DNA of 63,433 nucleotides, filler included, from Octopus bimaculoides (lineage: Eukaryota), in the NCBI RefSeq assembly GCF_001194135.2. It is 7 parts of 7 records of this genome, joined end to end, with 100 filler letters (N's around TTAATTAATTAA, not from the genome) between each part and the next. Parts side by side here need not be neighbours in the genome. Positions count along the whole stretch, not along the records: positions 1 to 7,985 come from NW_026327486.1; positions 8,086 to 33,560 come from NC_068983.1; 5 more parts are not named here. One strand, 5' to 3'. Both the position numbers and the translations under genes were made by a program. The first letter of the stretch is position 1, and each line of letters opens with the position of its first letter. Below the pieces are notes generated by a model. That model had not been told where the DNA came from. It saw nothing but the letters and a program-made list of their open reading frames with translations, and made no database searches. This document shows positions 1-11,981 of the stretch, piece by piece.

Positions 1-945
1 GCCTGACCTTTTTACTTCTAATAATAGCGGTTCTGTGGCATTTTTTACATTCCATGCTATGTTCATTTCTTCTGCTCTAAAGCTGTGTTCGCATCCAATA
101 AGTCCTCTTCCCTCTCTATTAATTGATACATACAGTCTGTCTATGTCACATTTTGAGTGGAGTGTCCCATATCTATTTAGCAACTTCCTTGTCTTTCTGT
201 CTAAGCNNNNNNNNNNTGTCCCATATCTATTTAGCAACTTCCTTGTCTTTCTGTCTAAGCTGTTTAAATCGTCTATTGTACATGCGATTACCCCTGCTCC
301 ATATCTAAGGAGTGAAACCACCCAAGTGTTGNNNNNNNNNNGCTTCGATCTTATTCCCTCCAATTAATTTTGACTTAAGGATCAGTCCCAGTCTGTGCAA
401 GTACTCCACCTTAAATTTTTCTGTCTTTTCTTTCTCCATCAATCTATCCATTTCCAAAATCCCCAAGAACTTATAGCCCGTCTCTTCTATCTGCTTCATA
501 TCCTTCCACGACGTTATCGTTAGCCCGTCCATACATATGATTTTGCCTTTCTTCAAGTCNNNNNNNNNNCACTTTCTCAGTCCGAACTCCATTCTGATAT
601 CAGCACTGAAAGTATACACAGCATCAACGAGGGAACTGACTTGGGCTTCCTCTTTACCATAAAGTTTGAGGTCATCCATGAATAAAATAAAATGCTTGAC
701 TTTTTGCTGGCGGCCTTTCAATACATACCCAGCTTTTGCTTTCCTCGGAATCAGTGTTAGTAGTGTCAAGCACAGTACAAAGATCAGTGGGGACAGGCAG
801 TCCCCTTGGAAGATGNNNNNNNNNNCAGTGGGGACAGGCAGTCCCCTTGGAAGATGCCCCTCCTAATTTCTACTGACCCTAAACTTCTTCCGTGTGCTGT
901 CATCTCCGTCCTCCAATTCCCCATAATTTTTCCAAGCAATCACTC
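1..945 (-). mobile_element. R4/Dong-like non-LTR retrotransposon, 5'-truncated RT region (runs off window start)
   Basis: Minus-strand translation gives GIFQGDCLSP, LFMDDLKLYGK, DIRMEFGLRK, YKFLGILE and LDRKTRKLL..DIDRLYV..GRGLIG, typical of R4-clade RT. Its 5' junction is at a (TAA)n tract. Confidence 0.85.
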
Positions 946-948
946 AAC

Positions 949-998
949 ATTATTATTATTATTGTTATTATTATTATTATTATTATAATTATTATTAT
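949..998. repeat. (TAA)n microsatellite between R4/Dong copies
   Basis: Direct reading: attattatt... Confidence 0.95.
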
Positions 999-1082
999 NN
1001 NNNNNNNNNNNNNNNNNNNNNNNNNNNNNNNNNNNNNNNNNNNNNNNNNNNNNNNNNNNNNNNNNNNNNNNNNNNNNNNNNT

Positions 1083-4000
1083 TATGTTTGACTTTTGTTT
1101 TGCATTTGTACAAGTTGGATCCAAATCTCACTGAGAGACATCAAGACACAAGATAGAAGTTCATGTAGGTGTTATGCCTAGGGTACCATATATTTGGNNN
1201 NNNNNNNNNNNNNNNNNNNNNNNNNNNNNNNNNNNNNNNNNNNNNNNNNNNNNNNNNNNNNNNNNNNNNNNNNNNNNNNNNNNNNNNNNNNNNNNNNNNN
1301 NNNNNNNNNNNNNNNNNNNNNNNNNNNNNNNNNNNNNNNNNNNNNNNNNNNNNNNNNNNNNNNNNNNNNNNNNNNNNNNNNNNNNNNNNNNNNNNNNNNN
1401 NNNNNNNNNNNNNNNNNNNNNNNNNNNNNNNNNNNNNNNNNNNNNNNNNNNNNNNNNNNNNNNNNNNNNNNNNNNNNNNNNNNNNNNNNNNNNNNNNNNN
1501 NNNNNNNNNNNNNNNNNNNNNNNNNNNNNNNNNNNNNNNNNNNNNNNNNNNNNNNNNNNNNNNNNNNNNNNNNNNNNNNNNNNNNNNNNNNNNNNNNNNN
1601 NNNNNNNNNNNNNNNNNNNNNNNNNNNNNNNNNNNNNNNNNNNNNNNNNNNNNNNNNNNNNNNNNNNNNNNNNNNNNNNNNNNNNNNNNNNNNNNNNNNN
1701 NNNNNNNNNNNNNNNNNNNNNNNNNNNNNNNNNNNNNNNNNNNNNNNNNNNNNNNNNNNNNNNNNNNNNNNNNNNNNNNNNNNNNNNNNNNNNNNNNNNN
1801 NNNNNNNNNNNNNNNNNNNNNNNNNNNNNNNNNNNNNNNTTCCATGCCATTTATCAGTCATAATATCTAAGGCAGCAATTTTAGCACGGATTTTAAGCGC
1901 TTAGCTTTTTCTGCGGGTGTTTCTAGTTCGTCAAATTCTTGAATTTGTTGTAATTGGAATTCACTTAGATATTCCTTTGTCTGNNNNNNNNNNNNNNNNN
2001 NNNNNNNNNNNNNNNNNNNNNNNNNNNNNNNNNNNNNNNNNNNNNNNNNNNNNNNNNNNNNNNNNNNNNNNNNNNNNNNNNNNNNNNNNNNNNNNNNNNN
2101 NNNNCATTGTTAATGCCAGCTGTAGAAGTCCACGGCCTCCCTCTTTTCTTGGCACATAAAGACGTTCTATATCTGCCTTAGGTTGGTGCATTCTATGTAT
2201 TGTCAACAGTTTTCGTATTTTTCTGTCAACATTNNNNNNNNNNNNNNNNNNNNNNNNNNNNNNNNNNNNNNNNNNNNNNNNNNNNNNNNNNNNNNNNNNN
2301 NNNNNNNNNNNNNNNNNNNNNNNNNNNNNNNNNNNNNNNNNNNNNNNNNNNNNNNNNNNNNNNNNNNNNNNNNNNNNNNNNNNNNNNNNNNNNNNNNNNN
2401 NNNNNNNNNNNNNNNNNNNNNNNNNNNNNNNNNNNNNNNNNNNNNNNNNNNNNNNNNNNNNNNNNNNNNNNNNNNNNNNNNNNNNNNNNNNNNNNNNNNN
2501 NNNNNNNNNNNNNNNNNNNNNNNNNNNNNNNNNNNNNNNNNNNNNNNNNNNNNNNNNNNNNNNNNNNNNNNNNNNNNNNNNNNNNNNNNNNNNNNNNNNN
2601 NNNNNNNNNNNNNNNNNNNNNNNNNNNNNNNNNNNNNNNNNNNNNNNNNNNNNNNNNNNNNNNNNNNNNNNNNNNNNNNNNNNNNNNNNNNNNNNNNNNN
2701 NNNNNNNNNNNNNNNNNNNNNNNNNNNNNNNNNNNNNNNNNNNNNNNNNNNNNNNNNNNNNNNNNNNNNNNNNNNNNATTAAGGCTAGACAGAAGAGGAG
2801 TGGTGATAGTGAGTCACCCTGGAAAATTCCAGATGAAATTCTTACATCTCCAGCATTTAGAGATTCATTGTCACTGTTCAACNNNNNNNNNNNNNNNNNN
2901 NNNNNNNNNNNNNNNNNNNNNNNNNNNNNNNNNNNNNNNNNNNNNNNNNNNNNNNNNNNNNNNNNNNAGACATTTCCTAATCCAGCTATGTGGTAGGCTA
3001 TCAAAGGCCTTTTTGTAATCTATTCAGGCTATTGAAAAGTTTTTGTGTCGCTTGTGACAATCTTCTAAGATCATNNNNNNNNNNNNNNNNNNNNCTTTAC
3101 AACCATAAGATCCACGTTTACACCCCTTTTGCTCATTAGGGAATGTGCTACTTTCTATTAAAAGACTATAGGTATATTCAGTTAGGACGGATGTTAGCGT
3201 CTTATACATTGTTGNNNNNNNNNNNNNNNNNNNNNNNNNNNNNNNNNNNNNNNNNNNNNNNNNNNNNNNNNNNNNNNNNNNNNNNNNNNNNNNNNNNNNN
3301 NNNNNNNNNNNNNNNNNNNNNNNNNNNNNNNNCAAAACATCGTTGTAAAGTTTTGTTAGCAGTTCATGGCTCTCTGGGAAAGAATTCAACCAGAAGTTTG
3401 GAATTTTATCCTTTCCTGGATCCTTCCATTTGCTTGACCTCCTGAGAGCAGATCTTATATCTTCTACCCTGNNNNNNNNNNNNNNNNNNNNNNNNNNNNN
3501 NNNNNNNNNNNNNNNNNNNNNNNNNNNNNNNNNNNNNNNNNNNNNNNNNNNNNNNNNNNNNNNNNNTCTTCTTCCCAGATTTTATTCCAAAATTCCTGCA
3601 CTTCTTCTTTTGATGGAACAGACCTTATTGTTACTGGTGTTTTCCCTATCTTCCTGTAGAAATGTTTGGGGTTANNNNNNNNNNNNNNNNNNNNNNNNNN
3701 NNNNNNNNNNNNNNNNNNNNNNNNNNNNNNNNNNNNNNNNNNNNNNNNNNNNNNNNNNNNNNNNNNNNNNNNNNNNNNNNNNNNNNCAATGTCAACTATG
3801 GTTTTCATATTATATTTTTTCTTTAGTTTTTGGGTCCTTGTAGGTTTGATACTCTTATCAAATTGAAGGTTTTTCAAACATTCTATGTCAGATCTAAGTA
3901 GCTTTATTTGGTGTTGAATGGGCTCTTGCCAAGAGGCCTTTTTGTGGGAGTGTTGTTGTTTTCTAATCTTTTCACCACATAGAATCGTTGAGATTTTTGC

Positions 4001-5477
4001 GGATGCANNNNNNNNNNNNNNNNNNNNNNNNNNNNNNNNNNNNNNNNNNNNNNNNNNNNNNNNNNNNNNNNNNNNNNNNNNNNNNNNNNNNNNNNNNNNN
4101 NNNNNNNNNNNNNNNNNNNNNNNNNNNNNNNNNNNNNNNNNNNNNNNNNNNNNNNNNNNNNNNNNNNNNNNNNNNNNNNNNNNNNNNNNNNNNNNNNNNN
4201 NNNNNNNNNNNNNNNNNNNNNNNNNNNNNNNNNNNNNNNNNNNNNNNNNNNNNNNNNNNNNNNNNNNNNNNNNNNNNNNNNGTTTATGGTTGGTTCAGAG
4301 AGTATTTCACTTTGCTTATCAGTTACATTAATTATTTCAATCATTACTGTATTTTCATCAGTCTTGGGCTGGTTTATAATTATTNNNNNNNNNNNNNNNN
4401 NNNNNNNNNNNNNNNNNNNNNNNNNNNNNNNNNNNNNNNNNNNNNNNNNNNNNNNNNNNNNNNNNNNNNNNNNNNNNNNNNNNNNNNNNNNNNNNNNNNN
4501 NNNNNNNNNNNNNNNNNNNNNNNNNNNNNNNNNNNNNNNATTTATCGTCTCGGATCTGGTTCATCATCCGAGTACGTGGTCCTTTATAACCCGGTCGATG
4601 ACCATTCTGGTTTGTATTTTGTTTTGTTAACAGTGAGGCATNNNNNNNNNNNNNNNNNNNNNNNNNNNNNNNNNNNNNNNNNNNNNNNNNNNNNNNNNNN
4701 NNNNNNNNNNNNNNNNNNNNNNNNNNNNNNNNNNNNNNNNNNNNNNNGAGCTCTCGTGACGTAGCTTCTTAAGGCTAGCAGATCTATATCGAGTACGCGG
4801 CTCCTTGTGATTCGGTCGACGATCAATCTGGTTTGTAATCTGCTGTGTTATCATTGAGGCATGACGAGCTTTGGCGTTGATATTAGGGGACGGATNNNNN
4901 NNNNNNNNNNNNNAACACCGTCACCGAGTTCTCAGCGTGTAAACATTGCTCGTAGCGTAGTTTCTTAAGGCTAGCATATCAGTATTCGTCTGTATTTTGT
5001 TTTTTTGTTGATAGATTTATCTCCGGGCATANNNNNNNNNNCTGTATTTTGTTTTTTTGTTGATAGATTTATCTCCGGGCATAGTGTATTTCTTGTTTTT
5101 GTTTTTTTGTGGCGTTTTAAACTTATGAATGGTTCACTCTGTCAGTGTTTGTTCACAAAATGAAACTAAATAAAGAAGAAAAAGAAAGAGTTTTGTTTTT
5201 GCTTCNNNNNNNNNNAAATAAAGAAGAAAAAGAAAGAGTTTTGTTTTTGCTTCGTTTGTGATACGCGTTTTCGTATGCTTGAGTGTGTCCTGTGAATTCC
5301 GCGTAGGTGTGTAAACATTAAGATGCATGTGTAGTTCTATGGGTATCAAAACGTATANNNNNNNNNNAACATTAAGATGCATGTGTAGTTCTATGGGTAT
5401 CAAAACGTATATATCATCGTGTAGACTTTCGAGTGTATGCGTAATTATTCAATATATGTACTTACTATTTTGTTCCA
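1083..5477 (-). mobile_element. Near full-length R4/Dong-like element (heavily gapped)
   Basis: Fragments GIFQGDSLSPLLFCLAL, DRKIRKLLTIHRMHQPKADIERLYVPRKEGGRGL, EQKGCKRGSYGCK and PKHFYRKIGK. The 3' end CAAAAGTCAAACATAA abuts a TAA tract, and an apparent 5' UTR lies at about 4.9-5.5 kb. Confidence 0.85.
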
Positions 5478-5936
5478 NNNNNNNNNNNNNNNNNNNNNNN
5501 NNNNNNNNNNNNNNNNNNNNNNNNNNNNNNNNNNNNNNNNNNNNNNNNNNNNNNNNNNNNNNNNNNNNNNNNNNNNNNNNNNNNNNNNNNNNNNNNNNNN
5601 NNNNNNNNNNNNNNNNNNNNNNNNNNNNNNNNNNNNNNNNNNNNNNNNNNNNNNNNNNNNNNNNNNNNNNNNNNNNNNNNNNNNNNNNNNNNNNNNNNNN
5701 NNNNNNNNNNNNNNNNNNNNNNNNNNNNNNNNNNNNNNNNNNNNNNNNNNNNNNNNNNNNNNNNNNNNNNNNNNNNNNNNNNNNNNNNNNNNNNNNNNNN
5801 NNNNNNNNNNNNNNNNNNNNNNNNNNNNNNNNNNNNNNNNNNNNNNNNNNNNNNNNNNNNNNNNNNNNNNNNNNNNNNNNNNNNNNNNNNNNNNNNNNNN
5901 NNNNNNNNTATTATTATTATTATTATTATTATTATT

Positions 5937-6127
5937 GCACAGCTTCTAACGCTAGAGACGTACTACAGTGTCAACAGTTCACTACCAGTGAACTAATTTA
6001 ACACCACACATGTTTCGAGCACCATCCGGAGTATTCGAGCCCTTCCAAGCAGTGCTGTTTTCTGCAATGCCCGACACTTATCGCAGCCCCTATTTGTTCC
6101 ATGTATTTCTCAAGATTTTTATTCACC

Positions 6128-6128
<1 letters not shown>
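5937..6128 (-). mobile_element. R4/Dong-like extreme 3' fragment (distinct family)
   Basis: Translates NKNLEKYMEQIGAAISV..QKTALLGRARILRMVLET plus a short 3' UTR. Flanked by TAA tracts. Confidence 0.7.
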
Positions 6129-6160
<32 letters not shown>

Positions 6161-6173
6161 NNNNNNNNNNNNN

Positions 6174-6218
<45 letters not shown>

Positions 6219-6665
6219 TTGACTTTTGCTTTTTATTTGTACAAGAAGATTCTAACTCTCACCCGGAGACCTCAAGAGACAACAAGTTAGAAGGTCAGGG
6301 TGGTGTTATGCCTAGGGTGTCATATATTTCGTTTTGCACAAGGTATTTTTCTAAAGAATATTTAAGAAAGCATAAGAAAATTATGATTTTTTAAATTTAA
6401 AATTTGAAATTATATAGATAGTATTTTATGTAGGATATGGGCAGTTACCATGAGCACTTCCTTTTGAATTTCAGCCGTATTATTGTTTCCTGGTATCTGA
6501 GCTAGGTAGGAATCAACCCCTTTTGCTATCATTCNNNNNNNNNNTCCTGGTATCTGAGCTAGGTAGGAATCAACCCCTTTTGCTATCATTCCTTGGGCAC
6601 CTATGGAAACAAGTAGTGTTAGTGCTGAGATTCCACATTCTGCCAATTTCAATTTCAAAATCTTT
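6219..6665 (-). mobile_element. R4/Dong-like 3' fragment
   Basis: VSIGAQGMIAKGVDSYLAQIPG..EIQKEVLMVTAHILHKILSI. The 3' UTR is similar to the 1083-1195 end. Confidence 0.8.
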
Positions 6666-6679
6666 ATACTTTATTATTA

Positions 6680-6717
<38 letters not shown>

Positions 6718-6727
6718 NNNNNNNNNN

Positions 6728-6769
<42 letters not shown>

Positions 6770-6869
6770 TTGCTTCTCACAGCGCTGTGTCTTGTTTGCC
6801 CCGGTCGATTCAGTGAGAGCAGACAACAACTACTCTCAGAGAAATCGCTGCGTCTTTTTCCCTCATTAT

Positions 6870-7125
6870 TAGCTTCGATACTAGATTGTTTATTATCGTG
6901 GGAGACATTCAATACCCAAGCACCAATCTCAAATACATGGCTGTCCCCAGTAGAGCGGTTTGGGAGAATGCTCTGCTCTCATGTCAATTCCAAATTCTCT
7001 GACATATTTCTCGAGTTTGGTAGTTAGTACTTTGCGTGCCCCCAAAACTACTGGAATGACGGACACTCTCCTCATAGTCCACAATCTTGCAATTTCGTCT
7101 TTTAGTAGTCTGTACAGTGCACGTA
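6870..7125 (-). mobile_element. R4/Dong-like 3' fragment (distinct family)
   Basis: LKDEIARLWTMRRVSVIPVVLGA..TTKLEKYVREFGIDMRAEH, the C-terminal RLE region. Confidence 0.75.
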
Positions 7126-7154
7126 ATATTATTATTATTGTTGTTGTTATTCCT

Positions 7155-7893
7155 TCGTAACACAGTGTAGGTAAAAATGCACCAGAGTCTTTTGTCATCT
7201 GCCAAGTCCCAAGAACGACCTCAGACAGATAGTACTCTATTTAAGATGTGCAATGTGCCCGATAAGGCTGCTTTATGCGAGACATCAATGTTGCATGGGA
7301 TTTCCAGTTGCCTTCAGAAGTTTCGAAGTTTCAATGGGATTGAGCCCAACGCTCTGATCACCACTGGTATCACTNNNNNNNNNNCACCACTGGTATCACT
7401 TTTACATTACCCTCTCGCGTTCCATACAGTCTTGTCATGTCCACTTTCAATTCGGAGTACTTGGTGAGTATTTCACCCTCTTTACTCATAACATTCATGT
7501 CATTTGGTATGGCTACATCAATGATCNNNNNNNNNNCAATGATCTGACAGTATTTGTCTCTCTTATTCAATATAACAATATCCGGCTGACAGGTTTCGAT
7601 TACACGAACTGTCTGAAAATCATAGTCCCAGAGTATCGTTACTTTTCCATCCTGCTGCATAACTTTACTTGGTAAATGCTCATACCAGTTCTCTGTTACT
7701 TGATATTGGTATTTACGGAATAAGAGTCAATGAAGATACACACTCACTTTATCGTAGCGGGTCTTGTATTCTCATTGTGCAAAACTTTCACATCCACTTA
7801 ACAAGTGGATCGCATTGTCCACACTCTTTCCACAGAGTCTGCGTTTCTGGGTGGCAGAAGTTTTATACATATTATAATTCATTGAATTGGTAG
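7155..7893 (-). mobile_element. R4/Dong-like restriction-like endonuclease (RLE) region and 3' UTR
   Basis: WYEHLPSKV..ILWDYDFQT..QPDIVILNK..IDVAIP..KYSELK..VIPVV, matching the PD-(D/E)xK RLE motif set. Confidence 0.85.
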
Positions 7894-7897
7894 CGAG

Positions 7898-7941
<44 letters not shown>

Positions 7942-7945
7942 TATC

Positions 7946-7985
7946 ATTTTATGTTTGACTTTTGTTTTGCATTTGTACAAGTTGG
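7946..7985 (-). mobile_element. R4/Dong-like 3' terminus, same family as the 1083 copy (truncated by gap)
   Basis: ttatgtttgacttttgttttgcatttgtacaagttgg is identical to 1082-1118 and sits next to a TAA tract. Confidence 0.65.
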
Positions 7986-8029
7986 NNNNNNNNNNNNNNN
8001 NNNNNNNNNNNNNNNNNNNNNNNNNNNNN

Positions 8030-8041
8030 TTAATTAATTAA
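8030..8041. other. Artificial join spacer TTAATTAATTAA between N runs
   Basis: A 12-mer with stops in all six frames, flanked by N runs. It recurs six times in the window. Confidence 0.9.
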
Positions 8042-8085
8042 NNNNNNNNNNNNNNNNNNNNNNNNNNNNNNNNNNNNNNNNNNNN

Positions 8086-8143
<58 letters not shown>

Positions 8144-9319
8144 ATGTATGGTTGTATGTATGTATCTATATATAAAATGCTTACATATATATACATTGTG
8201 TATATATATATACATATATATATATAGGATTCATGAAGAAAACATTTCCTGAATAGAAGTGCTTCAAGTGAATGGTGAAAGCATACGCTTTTAATAAAAT
8301 CATAAATAGAGGATGGGTTTTCATGTAATCGAATTATGTATCAGGTATTCAAAGTACCAGCCAGGAATGGAGGACATCTAAAAGGATTGTATCACAAAGC
8401 TATTCCACTTAATAATAATATAAATGTTAGATAACCTACGTGTTTTCACCGATATAATTCAGGTTGGGCATTAAATCGTTAGTATCCTATTTATCTAATA
8501 AGTTGATTACTGCTGTTTCTGTTCATGCAAAAAGAAAAAAAACATTGATGTGTCCAGAAGTGTGTAGAATAGACAAGAGAGAGAGAGGGGGGGTAAGCGT
8601 GAGAGAGAGAGGGTTGTAGCGTAAGAGAGAGAGAGGTAAGCATAAGAGAGTGAGAGAGAGACAGAGAGCTAATGTCATTTGTTGCAATTAATTAACTCTA
8701 CAACTATGTGATGATGTTATACCTCTTCTTTTCTTGATTTTTATCATCTTTTTTTTTGCTACCACCTCCATCCTCATCATCATCATCATCATTGCTGTTA
8801 TCATCATCATCATCATTATCTATAACACCAGTTATAAAGAGTGTATGTTTTGTAGTCTCAGACAGACTTTTATTCATCCTGTCACTATTGTTGCAAAGTT
8901 GCAGTCAGTTGTTTCTAGATTAGGCAGAAAATTTTGGCACCATGAAAGCAAGCTGTTTATTTACCAAATTGAATCTGTGTATAGGCACTGGTATTGTTGT
9001 AATAGGGGCAGGCGTGGCTGCAATAGATGCAGGTTCAGTCCCACTGCAAGCCACCGTTGGCATGTGTTGTTTACTGTAGCCCCAACCAATTACAGAAAGA
9101 GTTGTGTGTGAATTGCATAGACAGAAACTGAAAGAAGCCAATTGTACACATACATGCATACACACATACATACTACATGCACACACACGCATACATACAT
9201 ACACACATATGCACACACACACACACATACACACATGCACACACAGAGACATATATACATACATACAGAAGGATAACTATGGACAACTACTTTACAATGT
9301 CCAGCTTATAGATCCAGAT

Positions 9320-9640
9320 TCATCATCATCATCATCATCGTTTAACGTCCGCTTTCCATGCTAGCATGGGTTGGACGATTTGACTGAGGACTGGTGAAGC
9401 CAGATGACTACACCAGGCTCCAATCTGATTTGGCAGAGTTTCTACAGCTGGATGTCCTCCCTAACGCCAACCACTCAGAGTGTAGTGGGTGCTTTTACGT
9501 GCCACCAGCACGAATGCCAGTCAGGCGGTACTGGCAATGGCCATGCTCGAAAATGGTATATTTTATGTGCCACCCGCACAAGATCCAGTCCAGGGGCACT
9601 GACAACGATCTCGCTCGAAAGTGCTTACACATGTCACGGG
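9320..9640 (-). mobile_element. RTE LINE 3' UTR/tail with (GAT)n end
   Basis: Matches the multi-copy tail seen at 10715, 19235, 25080 and elsewhere. This tail is linked to RTE coding sequence at 28850-29315. Confidence 0.75.
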
Positions 9641-10029
9641 CACAAGTGCCATTCATATTTATACAAGTAATATCTGATGCACTTGGGTTTGAGAGTAAAT
9701 GCGTAAGTGACAATCTGGATAAGCTAGGGTTTCAGAGAAAGAAATCAGCCAGCTAACTCACGCATGGCAAATATAATCTGTAAGTGGAACAGTAAAAATA
9801 TGCAAGACTTTTCTCAAGTTTGAAATATGACATTGTTTTTGTTATTTGCATTCCAATGATGGAGATTTGTATCTTTGTTAGAAACCAGATCCTTCCTCAG
9901 AAGAAGAAACCAAATAACTAAAAGCAGAAATGAATGAACATAGATGCATAGATATATATGCATGCAAACAGGTATGCACACATGCACACACACATGTATA
10001 CATGGTGGTTGTGTACTCATTATGCAGAG

Positions 10030-10150
10030 TTGGACCACCAAGAGCTGCTGTTAAGCTCTGATCTTTGTGGATCTTAAAATGTCGTTTGAGGCCTCCATTA
10101 GATTTGCAGACCTTATGACATTGAAAAGTGTGCAGAGATATACAGGCAAA
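10030..10150 (-). pseudogene. Degenerate single C2H2-like finger, probably a LINE C-terminal remnant
   Basis: FQCHKVCKSNGGLKRHFKIH, with the first Cys pair apparently deleted. It is isolated among simple repeats. Confidence 0.35.
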
Positions 10151-10714
10151 GTAGCACATACATACATGATGGCCGTGATGATGGCCGTCCACTCGTGACC
10201 GAGGAAGACCATTGCCGACGAATGTCACATACATACATACATACATACATACATGTGCATATGTGTATATCTTCATCTTGACAGCATATGATGGTTGCAA
10301 ACAAGTAGCTCCATCATAGAAGCAATGTTCATTTGCAGTCTTCATGGTCATTCATAGAGAAATATTACTTTGCTGGAAACAGGCAAGGGTTGGTGACAGA
10401 AAGGGCATCAACTTCCAAGCCTTTTATAACTTAGGGCTTTATCAACCCTAAATCCATCCACACTGCAGTTTTTAAGATTTCTGTCTTCCTGCTTAACTGT
10501 AGAGCAATATGAAAATATAATATATATGTACATATTGTATTTATATTTATTTATCTATATATGTGTGTATGTATATGTGTGTGTATTATATGTTTACAGG
10601 GTCTAAAAAAAATAACCCTAAATATATATGTCCAACGATGGTTTAGCTGGCCAAAACTTCATAGTCACTGTCAACAACATTCTTCTTTAAGAATAGACTG
10701 TGTGAACAAAGCAT

Positions 10715-10985
10715 TGGACTGACTCCTCTGCAGGTGGCACGTAAAAAACACCATTTGAACGTGGCTGTTGCCAGTACTGCTGGACTGGCCCTCATGTCGG
10801 TGGCACGTAAAAAGCACCCACTACACTCTCAGAGTGGTTGGCATTAGGAAGGTCATCCAGCTGTAGAAACTTTGCCATATCAGATTGGAGTCTGGTGTAG
10901 CCATCTGGTTTGCCAGTCCTCAGTCAAATCGTCCAACCCATGCTAGCATGGAAAGCTGACGTTAAATGATGAAATGATGACGATG
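10715..10985 (+). mobile_element. RTE LINE 3' UTR/tail
   Basis: ggtggcacgtaaaaagcacc...caacccatgctagcatggaaagc..gttaaatgatga. Confidence 0.75.
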
Positions 10986-11369
10986 CTCTACAAAAGTACA
11001 AAAGTTTAGAGCAACCTATCAGATTAATGTAAAATTGTTTTTATTATAAATGAACACAAAAAGTATATATATATATATATNNNNNNNNNNNNNNNNNNNN
11101 NNNNNNNNNNNNNNNNNNNATATATAGGACTATTGTTGAGACCCTATTATTGTAAATAATATTGTAAGCCATGTTGTTACACTTACATTAAATTATATTT
11201 AAAAAATCAGTCAGTAAGGTTAATTACTTAGGAATGCCATCTGAATGAAAAACAATAGTTAGGTTTGGGTCAACATAATTAATAAAGTGACAGTCAAAAT
11301 CCAATTAAAAATATATGTGGTGAAGAAAAGACATCTTTAGCATAATAATAACAACTGTTATTATTTTCA

Positions 11370-11407
11370 TAGTGGTTAAAGTTAATATTATTACAATGGT
11401 GATTGAA

Positions 11408-11452
<45 letters not shown>

Positions 11453-11660
11453 GTGATTAAAAACTAATATCATTTTAAAACTGATTCAAGTTAATATTAT
11501 TTCTACACTGATTAAACACTAATTTTATTTTATTTGTACTTAAAGTTAATATTATTACAATGGTGATTAAACGCTAATATCATTTTAATAGTAAATCAAA
11601 TTAATGTTCCGTTTAATAGTGATTTAAATCAATATTATTTTAAAAGTGATTAAATAATGT
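11370..11660. repeat. AT-rich degenerate minisatellite plus (TTA)n
   Basis: Recurring aaagttaatattattacaatggtgatt units. Confidence 0.6.
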
Positions 11661-11751
11661 TTATTCATTGAGTTATTGTCTTTTGTCTCATCACATAATC
11701 ATTTCTACCAGGATTTTTGATGTTCAGTGCATTAAATATGTTAATATTAAC

Positions 11752-11981
11752 TTAACCATTTTGTTACCATATTACTTTTGAAATACGCTGCCTTTGTTTC
11801 AATCAAATTCTGAAAATAATGAAGAATTTGGTGAAATAATTTTGTCATTATTAAGTTTGTAATTGGAGCCTATGTTAACATAAAATTTTGATGGAAGATT
11901 TTAATTTTGGTCATTTTAAAATGGCAAGTTAGTATTATAGAACCAGGGGCAGACAAATGCATTGTTATCAAAAGGGTTGAA
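11752..11981. mobile_element. TTAA-flanked MITE (piggyBac-like termini), followed by a partial copy to about 12160
   Basis: TTAACC(A/C)TTT...AAAAGGGTTGAA ends. The body is homologous (inverted) to the 18711 and 28265 copies. Confidence 0.55.

Noticed and set aside
190-7545. Short direct repeats flanking gaps of about 10 N (e.g. 207-217, 816-826, 6535-6544)
   Set aside because: Typical overlapping contig ends in short-read scaffolds, not real tandem duplications.
8230-8500. Penelope-like 3' end with a hammerhead remnant
   Set aside because: Only LMPNLN and a very degenerate core-like stretch. Insufficient evidence.
9878-10351. Host C2H2 zinc-finger gene
   Set aside because: A single broken finger in an ORF stitched through microsatellites, with no linker or array.
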